Positions 1-6,578 of a stretch of DNA of 12,033 nt are shown here, one piece after another. The position numbers and the translations under genes were made by a program. Each line of letters starts with the position of its first letter. Positions within the stretch are counted from its first letter, which is position 1. The stretch is from Trueperaceae bacterium (GTDB taxonomy: Bacteria > Deinococcota > Deinococci > Deinococcales > Trueperaceae). The notes below the pieces were generated by a model, which worked only from the letters and a program-made list of their open reading frames with translations, made no database searches and was not told where the DNA came from. The stretch lies in NCBI GenBank assembly GCA_040905465.1, contig JBBDRK010000079.1, positions 1 through 12,033 on the forward strand, read 5' to 3'.

Positions 1-45
1 ACGGTCGGATGCGAAACGGTCGGATGCGAAACGGTCGGGAGCGAC
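1..45. repeat. 15-bp tandem repeat ACGGTCGGATGCGAA: two perfect copies (1-15, 16-30) and one degenerate copy (31-45); may continue left of the window
   Basis: Read directly: acggtcggatgcgaa acggtcggatgcgaa acggtcgggagcgac. Confidence 0.9.
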
Positions 46-84
46 GAGAAGAGTGGCCGGTAGCGGCCGGAAAGGCAGGAGCAC

Positions 85-258
85 ATGAAGGTTCTCTACT
101 GCAAGGACGTCGGCTTCGACTGCGGCTATGTCGCGCAGGCCTCGAGCGAGGAGGAGCTGCTGCAGAAGGTGGCCGAGCACGCCGAGCAGGTGCACGAGGT
201 CGGCGATCTGCCCGAAGAAGTGGTGACGAAGGTGCGGGCAGCCATCCGGGACGCCTGA
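85..258 (+). CDS. DUF1059-family small predicted metal-binding protein, 57 aa (not in the ORF track)
   Basis: Hand translation: MKVLYCKDVGFDCGYVAQASSEEELLQKVAEHAEQVHEVGDLPEEVVTKVRAAIRDA*. The C-x6-C...EEELL...H-x4-H pattern is typical of DUF1059. AGGAG SD at 77-81, GC-rich third positions, stop 3 nt before the next gene. Confidence 0.9.
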   Translation: MKVLYCKDVGFDCGYVAQASSEEELLQKVAEHAEQVHEVGDLPEEVVTKVRAAIRDA

Positions 259-261
259 GCC

Positions 262-648
262 GTGTCAACGATACTCGTTCACATTACGCACGGCCCGGAG
301 CATCCGACTCGCGCCGCACTTGGCTTCCTGGTGGCCCGGAGTGCAGTCGCCGAAGGCCACTCCGTGTCGCTGTTCCTGGCGGGAGACGCGGTCCAGCTCA
401 TGCGCGAGGCGGTTCTCGATACCCTGACCGGACTGGGAACCGGACGGTTGCGCGAGCACTATGACGCGCTGGTGGACGCCGGCTGCAGGTTCTATCTCTC
501 CGGGATGTCGTGCAAGAGCCGGGGGATCGACCTCGCCGCTGCGACCGCCGCCGTCGACGGCAGCGGCACCGGACCCCGGGTCGAACTGGCGATGCCGGAC
601 GTGTTGGTGAAGCTCGCGCTCGAGCACGACCGGATGTTCACCTACTAG
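262..648 (+). CDS. DsrE/DsrF-like family protein, 128 aa
   Basis: THGPEHPTRA, GHSVSLFLAGDAVQL, YLSGMSCKSRG and a C-terminal DRMFTY strand match the DsrE-fold pattern. GTG start 3 nt after the DUF1059 stop. Confidence 0.85.
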   Translation: MSTILVHITHGPEHPTRAALGFLVARSAVAEGHSVSLFLAGDAVQLMREAVLDTLTGLGTGRLREHYDALVDAGCRFYLSGMSCKSRGIDLAAATAAVDGSGTGPRVELAMPDVLVKLALEHDRMFTY

Positions 649-754
649 CGGATCCGCCCCCGCCCGAGGCGCTATAAACGGCGCCCTGGACAGGCCCCTT
701 ACGGCGCGGAGGCATGTGGTGTTTTTTACCCTCGACGGTCGGCCCCATAGCATA

Positions 755-760
755 TAGAAT
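755..760 (+). promoter_or_regulatory. Putative -10 element TAGAAT for the gene starting at 794
   Basis: TAGAAT lies in an AT-rich patch (catatagaat) 33 nt upstream of ATG 794. The same hexamer precedes the genes starting at 2758(-) and 9836(+). Confidence 0.55.
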
Positions 761-793
761 CCCCGGGCAAGCCATCTTCAGTGGGGTAAAAAC

Positions 794-1357
794 ATGCTCA
801 CAACCCTTGGATTCAACGCGCTGCTGATATTCTTCCTGCGTGTCGCCGACGTGAGCGTCGGGACGCTGCGTGTGAACGTTCTGGTACGCGGCTTTCGTGG
901 CCTGGCCGTAGCCCTCAGCTTCGTCGAGTGCCTGATCTGGCTCTCGGCTACCGCCCGGGTGCTTACCCAGCTCGACAACCCCGCCAACATTTTCGCGTTT
1001 GCCGCCGGCTACGCCACGGGAACGCTGGTGGGCTGCACCATCAACGACTGGTTGGCGCTGGGCAAGACGCTCATGCGAATCGTCACCCCTACCAATCAGC
1101 CGGAGGTCACCAGCGCCTTGCGGGAAGCGGGGTGCACCGTCACGGTGATGAACGCCAAGGGGCGTGACGGCGAGGTGAGCATGGCCTTCAGCGTGATCCC
1201 CAAGAAGCGTTCGCGCAAGCTCCTGAACGTGATCCAGAACGCCAACCCCAACGCCTTCGTCACCTTCGAGGAGGTTCGGACCGCCGACCGGGCCATATTG
1301 CCTGTGAACGTTCCGCCCCGGCCGATGCTGTGGCGCGCCCTCCGTCCTCGCGTGTAG
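794..1357 (+). CDS. UPF0316 family membrane protein (DUF5698 N-terminal TM domain + DUF2179 C-terminal domain), 187 aa
   Basis: IFFLRVADVSVGTLR, SFVECLIWL, FAAGYATGTLVG, then soluble LREAGCTVTVMNAKGRDG and NPNAFVTFEEVR, all characteristic of this family. Confidence 0.85.
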   Translation: MLTTLGFNALLIFFLRVADVSVGTLRVNVLVRGFRGLAVALSFVECLIWLSATARVLTQLDNPANIFAFAAGYATGTLVGCTINDWLALGKTLMRIVTPTNQPEVTSALREAGCTVTVMNAKGRDGEVSMAFSVIPKKRSRKLLNVIQNANPNAFVTFEEVRTADRAILPVNVPPRPMLWRALRPRV

Positions 1358-1477
1358 CGCCGCCTATCACCGCACATCTCCATTAGCGCACGGCACCATT
1401 CGGGTAGCTGCCGCGCGCTAGCTTTCCCGGTAGTACGGTCGGCGGGCAGGGCCGCTGCACCGGCTAGCAGGCCGCGG

Positions 1478-2758
1478 TCAGCCTCGCAGCCTGGCTGAGC
1501 GTCCGGCAGCGATCGCGGGTGGGCGGGCGATGCCGACCGCGATCGCTGCGAGCGCCACCGCGAGCGAGAGCAGCACGAGCAGCAGCCGGTAGTCTCCGCC
1601 GCTTGCGGTGACCAGCAGGCCGGTCGACACCGGCGCGACTGCCCGGGCCAGCGCGTTGATCAGCGCCATGCGGCCGCTGATCCGTCCGAAGTGCGCGCCC
1701 CCGTAATACTCGGCCAGCAGCGCGGCTCGTGCCGGCGTGATTGCGCCGAATCCCGCTCCGTAGAGGAAGACGAAGGCCCACAAGGCGGCCGCGCTAACGG
1801 CTGCCGTGGTGCCGGCCGCCGCGAACAGCGCCAGCAGGCCAATGGCCTGAAGCGCGAAGATGCCGGTTGCCACGAACCTTCTCGGCCACACGTCACCCAA
1901 CGGTGTGAGCACTATCCTGCCGGGCAGCGCCATCAGCCCGATCGCCCCGCCGATGCCCGCGGCGGCGGTGACGGTGCTGCCGGCGGCAACCAGTAGCGGC
2001 ACCAGGTGCACGCCGATGGCGGTGATGACGAAAGTCGACAGCGAGAAGGCGACGGCCAGGCGCCGGAAGTCGGGCCTCGCGAAGGCCTCGCCGGAGGAGA
2101 CTCCGTGGTCCGCGCGGCTGTCGCCGACCACGGTGGCGGCAGCGCCGTCCGGTGCCAGCCCGAGATCGGCCGGGCGCCTCCGGAGCAGCAAGGCGTGAAG
2201 CGGGAAGGTGGTCAGTTGGATGACGGCCAGCACACGCAACGCGGAGCGCCAACCGTAGCCCTCCACCAGGAACCCGGCGAGCGGAATGAAGATGACGCTG
2301 GCGAAACCCGCGAGGAACGTCAGGACCGTGAGCGACTTGCCCAGGTCGCGGCGGAACCAGGCCGCCAGGACGGCGAACGCCGGTTCGTAGAGCACGGCGG
2401 CCATGGCGAACCCCAAGCCTGCCCACAGCAGGTAGAACGCCCACAAGGAGTCGACCCCGGACCAGGCGAACAGCATCAGCCCAGCCAGCAGCGAGCCGGC
2501 GCTCATCGGCAGCCGGGCGCCGTGCTCGTCCAGCCACCGCCCCACCGGAACCGCTGCGATACCGGCGGTGAGCAGGCCCAGCGAGTAGGCGCCGGTAATG
2601 GCGGCGACCGACCAGCCGAGCTCGGCCTGCATGGGGGCGATGAACACGGTGAACGCATAGGCGAGGATGCCGTAGGAGATGGTCTCGGTAACGGACAACG
2701 CGCCGACCATGATCCAGCCGTGATAGGGACCGGAGGCGCGATCGGCGGCTGGTCTCAC
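1478..2758 (-). CDS. MFS transporter, ArsK-like (putative arsenite/organoarsenical efflux), 426 aa
   Basis: About 12 hydrophobic segments and MFS motif A (GRWLDEHGAR). LSVTETISYGILAYAF and LYEPAFAVL resemble ArsK-type MFS proteins as recalled. Lies downstream of the flavoprotein in an ArsR cluster. MFS call is secure; ArsK call is inference. Confidence 0.85.
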   Translation of the reverse strand: MRPAADRASGPYHGWIMVGALSVTETISYGILAYAFTVFIAPMQAELGWSVAAITGAYSLGLLTAGIAAVPVGRWLDEHGARLPMSAGSLLAGLMLFAWSGVDSLWAFYLLWAGLGFAMAAVLYEPAFAVLAAWFRRDLGKSLTVLTFLAGFASVIFIPLAGFLVEGYGWRSALRVLAVIQLTTFPLHALLLRRRPADLGLAPDGAAATVVGDSRADHGVSSGEAFARPDFRRLAVAFSLSTFVITAIGVHLVPLLVAAGSTVTAAAGIGGAIGLMALPGRIVLTPLGDVWPRRFVATGIFALQAIGLLALFAAAGTTAAVSAAALWAFVFLYGAGFGAITPARAALLAEYYGGAHFGRISGRMALINALARAVAPVSTGLLVTASGGDYRLLLVLLSLAVALAAIAVGIARPPAIAAGRSARLRG

Positions 2759-2764
2759 CGGGCG

Positions 2765-2770
2765 ATTCTA
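2765..2770 (-). promoter_or_regulatory. -10 box TAGAAT 6 nt upstream of the MFS GTG start (leaderless promoter)
   Basis: Plus-strand attcta at 2765-2770. Minus strand reads TAGAAT-cgcccg-GTG. No SD is visible. Confidence 0.6.
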
Positions 2771-2814
2771 CGGTCTGGCCAACGGCGGATTACCCTGTCC
2801 GGGTGATCGGCGGC

Positions 2815-4215
2815 TCAGCGGCCGGCAAGGACCGGTAGTTCGTCCAGGTCGGCCGAGAAGTCGTCTGCAGAGTCTCCGACACGCTTGCCCGAGGCGCCGG
2901 CAGCGGTCGCCGGGCCGACGTCGCAGCAGGCACTTTCACCACTGCCGGAGCACACGCCGGTCTCCGGCAGGGTGAGGTCGACCGCGCGCGCCGCCTCTAT
3001 GTCGCCGGCCAGGTGGGCCGCGATCGAGCGCACCTGTTCATAGCCGGTTAGCAGCAGGAAGGTCGGAGCGCGCCCGTAGCTCTTCATGCCGACCAGGTAG
3101 AAGCCCGTCTCCGGGTGGGCGAGGGAAGCCTCGCCGTGGGGCGAAACCGTGCCGCAGGAGTGCACATTGGGGTCGATCAGCGGGGCCAACCTCACGGGCG
3201 CCTCGGTGATCGGGTCGAGCTCGAGCCGCAACTCGCGCAGCATCGCCAGGTTTGGCCGGAAGCCGGTGGTGGCAACCACCTCGTCTACCTCGAGCGACCT
3301 ACCGTCCTCGGCCACGACCAGCAAGCCTTCGCCCGACTGGGACAGGCGCTCCACTCGGAAGCCGGTGAGCAGCTCGATCTGACCGTCGGCCACCAGCCGT
3401 TCCACCCGGCTGCCCAGGGCGGCGCGCTCCGGGAGCCCGTCATCGCTGCCGCCCCCGAAAACGGTCCGTGCCTGCTGGCGCCGTATCGCCCACACCACGT
3501 CGCCCGCGCCGGCCTCGCGGCGAAGTGCGGCCAGGTCCAGCACGGCGTTGACAGCCGAGTGGCCGCTGCCCACCACCAGGGTGCGCCTTCCCGCGTAGCG
3601 CGCCTTCTCCTTGCCCCGTGCATCGGGGATTCCGTAACGGATACGGGTCCGAAGCTCGGTTTCGCCGGCGGCGCCGAGGCCGCTCGAGCCCAACGGATTG
3701 GGCTCGGTCCAGGTTCCCGAGGCGTCGATCACCGCCCGGGCGAGGGTGCGCACTTCGCCCTGCGGACCCTGTGCTACCACCAGAAACGGTGCCGCTTCAC
3801 GGTCACCGGTCTTCATCCGGTCGTAACCCGAGCGGGTCACGCCGGTCACCCGGTGGCCGAGCCGCAGCGTGCGCTTCAGCCCGGGCAGTTGCGCCAGCGG
3901 CTCCAGGTAGTCGTCCACCAGTTGCGCCCCGGTCGGATGCCCCTCTGGGTCCGGCTCCAGCCAGCCGCCGGCGCCCAGCAGATCCCTGGCGGCGCCATCC
4001 GTCAGGTAGCGCCAGGGAGAGAACAGCCGCACGTGCCCCCAGTCGCGGACGCTTTCGGCCACCCTCGGGCCGGCTTCGAAGACCAGCGGCTCGAGCCCGC
4101 GTTCCAGCAGGCGTGCCGCGGCCGCCAGGCCTATCGGGCCAGCGCCGATGACGACGACGGGCAAAGCGGAAGACTCTCCTTCGAGGTCGAGGCGGGCAAG
4201 CGGTACGGGATTCAC
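2815..4215 (-). CDS. FAD/NAD(P)H-dependent oxidoreductase (flavin monooxygenase-like, ars-associated ArsV-like), 466 aa
   Basis: FAD motif VIGAGPIG, VRLFSPW, DASGTW, NADPH motif VVGSGHSA, ATTGFRP, HSCGTVSPHG, GMKSYGRAPTFL and a Cys-rich tail LPETGVCS...CC. Strong SD AGGAGG at 4221-4226 before the GTG. Confidence 0.9.
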   Translation of the reverse strand: MNPVPLARLDLEGESSALPVVVIGAGPIGLAAAARLLERGLEPLVFEAGPRVAESVRDWGHVRLFSPWRYLTDGAARDLLGAGGWLEPDPEGHPTGAQLVDDYLEPLAQLPGLKRTLRLGHRVTGVTRSGYDRMKTGDREAAPFLVVAQGPQGEVRTLARAVIDASGTWTEPNPLGSSGLGAAGETELRTRIRYGIPDARGKEKARYAGRRTLVVGSGHSAVNAVLDLAALRREAGAGDVVWAIRRQQARTVFGGGSDDGLPERAALGSRVERLVADGQIELLTGFRVERLSQSGEGLLVVAEDGRSLEVDEVVATTGFRPNLAMLRELRLELDPITEAPVRLAPLIDPNVHSCGTVSPHGEASLAHPETGFYLVGMKSYGRAPTFLLLTGYEQVRSIAAHLAGDIEAARAVDLTLPETGVCSGSGESACCDVGPATAAGASGKRVGDSADDFSADLDELPVLAGR

Positions 4216-4255
4216 GTTCTCCTCCTGGCTTGCGGGCCGAACGCGACCCGCACAT

Positions 4256-4317
4256 ATCGATGTGCGTCAATACGTTACCTGGTCGGAGGATACGACAAGA
4301 GATAGACGGTTGTCAAT
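4256..4317. promoter_or_regulatory. Two putative ArsR operator boxes ATNGA-N6-TCAAT (4256-4271, 4302-4317)
   Basis: atcga-tgtgcg-tcaat and ataga-cggttg-tcaat are imperfect inverted repeats of identical geometry in the divergent arsR/oxidoreductase spacer. Confidence 0.65.
4287..4316 (-). promoter_or_regulatory. Sigma70-type promoter for the oxidoreductase: TTGACA-N18-TATCCT
   Basis: Plus-strand tgtcaa at 4311-4316 (TTGACA on minus) and aggata at 4287-4292 (TATCCT on minus). Confidence 0.6.
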
Positions 4318-4318
4318 G

Positions 4319-4324
4319 TATAGT
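4319..4324 (+). promoter_or_regulatory. -10 box TATAGT 6 nt upstream of the arsR ATG (leaderless promoter)
   Basis: TATAGT-ggccgc-ATG(4331). No SD is visible. Confidence 0.6.
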
Positions 4325-4330
4325 GGCCGC

Positions 4331-4663
4331 ATGGCAACGGTCGAGGTACACGACAACCGGTTGGCGATGCGGCTAAAGGCGCTCGCCGACCCGGCGCGGC
4401 TGGCGGTGCTGGAGTTCCTGCTCGAGCCCAATGGCGAGTGCTGTTCGCGCGACGACGGGGTGTGCGGTTGCGACTTCGAGGGCCTGCTGGGGTTGTCGCA
4501 ACCGACGGTGAGCCACCACCTTAAGGTACTGGTGCAGGCAGGCCTCCTCGGCGCCGAGAAGCGGGGGCGCTGGACCTACTATCGGCTCGAGCCGCAGGCG
4601 TTCGAAGAGCTCGCCGGTCACTTCCAGCGTTACGGCAAGGGCGCCGGGGCGCCGGCGCGTTGA
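4331..4663 (+). CDS. arsR: ArsR/SmtB family metalloregulator, 110 aa (start revised from 4148 to 4331)
   Basis: LKALADPARLAVL, CC...VCGCDF, LGLSQPTVSHHLKVL, EKRGRWTYY. The upstream extension in the ORF track overlaps the divergent gene and its promoter. Confidence 0.92.
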   Translation: MATVEVHDNRLAMRLKALADPARLAVLEFLLEPNGECCSRDDGVCGCDFEGLLGLSQPTVSHHLKVLVQAGLLGAEKRGRWTYYRLEPQAFEELAGHFQRYGKGAGAPAR

Positions 4664-4685
4664 TGCGGGCCGCCCGCGACCGGAG

Positions 4686-5513
4686 CTAGTCCAGAGGCTG
4701 TTTCGGCAACAGCCGCAACGGGCAGCTTTGCGGCAAGCACAGAGGAGTGCCGCTCACCGGATCATGCACTACAAAGCATTCGATCCCGAACACGTCGCAC
4801 ACCATGCCCCGGTTCACGACCTCCAGCGGATCGCCCTGTGCCACGACCTGGCCGCCCTTCAACGCCACCAGGTGATGGGCGTAGCGGCAGGCCTGGTTGA
4901 TGTCGTGGAGCACCATGACGATGGTTCGTCCTTCGCGCTCGTTGAGTTCGTCGAGCAGCGACAGGATCTCTACCTGATGGGCCAGGTCGAGGAAGGTGGT
5001 GGGCTCGTCGAGCAACAGCACCGGTGTCTCCTGGGCCAGGGTCATGGCTATCCAGGCGCGCTGACGCTGGCCGCCCGAGAGGGTGTCCAGTCGGCGGTCG
5101 ACCAGCTCCTCGAGCGAGGTGATGTCGAGCGCCCACGCCACGGCCTCTTCGTCGCTCGCCGACCACTGACGAAGGAGGCTCTGGTGCGGATAGCGCCCTT
5201 GCGCCACCAGCTCGCGCACGGTCATGCCTTCCGGCGCGACGGGCCCTTGGGGGAGGATGCCCAGTTGCCGGGCGACGTCCTTGCTGGAGCGCTTGGCTAT
5301 CGCCTTGCCGTCTAGGAGGACCGCCCCAGACTTGGGCGCCATGAGCCGGGCGAGTCCGTGCAGCAGTGTCGACTTTCCGCACCCGTTGGGACCGACCAGC
5401 GCCGTGACCTTGCCGTCGGGAATCGAGATTCCCAGATCGCGGATGATCTCGTTCTGGTCGTAGGCGAGCGTGAGCCTGTCGGTGCTCAGCCTGTTGCCGG
5501 GAAGCTTGGCCAT
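4686..5513 (-). CDS. Iron-siderophore ABC transporter ATP-binding protein (FecE/FhuC/FepC type), 275 aa
   Basis: Walker [15 protein letters not shown], signature [13 protein letters not shown], Walker [31 protein letters not shown] lies in the end of the upstream gene. Confidence 0.95.
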   Translation of the reverse strand: MAKLPGNRLSTDRLTLAYDQNEIIRDLGISIPDGKVTALVGPNGCGKSTLLHGLARLMAPKSGAVLLDGKAIAKRSSKDVARQLGILPQGPVAPEGMTVRELVAQGRYPHQSLLRQWSASDEEAVAWALDITSLEELVDRRLDTLSGGQRQRAWIAMTLAQETPVLLLDEPTTFLDLAHQVEILSLLDELNEREGRTIVMVLHDINQACRYAHHLVALKGGQVVAQGDPLEVVNRGMVCDVFGIECFVVHDPVSGTPLCLPQSCPLRLLPKQPLD

Positions 5514-5516
5514 TGT

Positions 5517-6578
5517 CTACGCGCTCCTTTGGCGCCACAGAAGGTATAGCAGGTACGGTGCCCCGATTACTGCCGTAACGAGGCCGACGGGAAGCTGACT
5601 CGGCGCTATCACCGTACGGCCAACCAGGTCGGCGACCAGCAGGAGAAGCGCGCCGAAGAGCGCGCTCACGGGCAACAGCGCCTCGAACGCCGGGCCCACC
5701 AGTCGGCGGGCGGCGTGGGGCGCCACCAGCCCGGCGAACGCCACCGTTCCGGCTACCGCCACTGCCCCGCTGGCCAGGGCGACGGCCACCACGATCAGTG
5801 ATCCGCGGGCCAACTCCACCCGCTGGCCCAACCCCCTGGCTGCCGCGTCGCCCATGGAGAGGATGTTGAGCGAGCGGGCGCCCAGCAGCACCGGCGGCAC
5901 CAGCACCAGCATCCACAGCGCCAGCATCCGGACGTGCTCCCAGGTGCGACCGTAGACGCTGCCGCTGAGCCACACCAACGCGCGCTGGACCTCCAGCACT
6001 TCGCCGAAGACGATCAGGAAGGTGGTCAGGGAGGTGGCTATGGCGCCAAGGCCGATTCCCACCAGCAGCAGCCGGATCGCGGCGGCCCCCCGATTCCAGG
6101 CGAGCAGATAGATCAGAAGAGCCGCCAGCAGTCCGCCGGCGAGCGCCACCCAGGGGAGCAACGCCCCGGATGTCGCCGGTGCCAGCGTCAACAGGGCCAC
6201 GGCCGCCAGGCCGGCTCCCTGGTTGATGCCCAGGACGCCGGGCTCGGCCAACGGGTTGCCCGTGATGCCCTGCAGGACCGCTCCGGAAAGCGCCAGGGCG
6301 GCACCCACCAATGTCGCCAGCACGATTCGAGGAAGCCTGAACTCGCGCACCACCAGCGCGTGATCGGGGTTGCCGGTCTCCAGCCCCAGCGTTGCTCGCA
6401 CCACGTCGAGCGGCCCGATCCGGTACTCGCCCTGGCCGACGCTGACGACGGTGGTGGCCACGATCAGAATCAGCAGGATTCCGGCTACCGGCATCGCGCG
6501 CCGGGACACTCGCCAGGAGAGGGAGCCCAGACGCAAAACGAACCAGGCGCCGCCGGCGCTGGTCGTCCCGCGAGTCAC
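5517..6578 (-). CDS. FecCD-family iron-chelate ABC permease (FecD/FhuG-like), 353 aa
   Basis: FRLPRIVLA, QGITGNPLAEPGVLGI, WLSGS, MGDAAARGLG, FAGLVAPH, LPVGLVTAVIGAPY. GTGA start/stop overlap with the upstream permease. Confidence 0.95.
   Translation of the reverse strand: MTRGTTSAGGAWFVLRLGSLSWRVSRRAMPVAGILLILIVATTVVSVGQGEYRIGPLDVVRATLGLETGNPDHALVVREFRLPRIVLATLVGAALALSGAVLQGITGNPLAEPGVLGINQGAGLAAVALLTLAPATSGALLPWVALAGGLLAALLIYLLAWNRGAAAIRLLLVGIGLGAIATSLTTFLIVFGEVLEVQRALVWLSGSVYGRTWEHVRMLALWMLVLVPPVLLGARSLNILSMGDAAARGLGQRVELARGSLIVVAVALASGAVAVAGTVAFAGLVAPHAARRLVGPAFEALLPVSALFGALLLLVADLVGRTVIAPSQLPVGLVTAVIGAPYLLYLLWRQRSA

Noticed and set aside
1-45. Possible CRISPR array edge
   Set aside because: The 15-bp units are directly adjacent with no spacers, are too short, and no cas genes are in the window.
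9-464. 151-aa ORF starting in the tandem repeat
   Set aside because: Arg/Gly-rich off-frame shadow overlapping the well-supported DUF1059 and DsrE genes.
668-685. Hairpin ggcgct-ataaac-ggcgcc after dsrE as a terminator
   Set aside because: A 6-bp stem with no adjacent U-run; the T-tract at 722-727 is too far downstream.
4664-4685. Bidirectional terminator between arsR and the ABC ATPase (GCGGG-ccg-CCCGC)
   Set aside because: Only a 5-bp stem with a 3-nt loop and no U-tract on either strand; too weak to call.
2006-5973. Long alternative ORFs (2006-2806 +, 3115-4305 +, 4728-5315 +, 4762-5973 -)
   Set aside because: They are antisense or frame-shifted shadows of motif-bearing genes, expected in GC-rich DNA where stop codons are scarce, and have no recognisable motifs.
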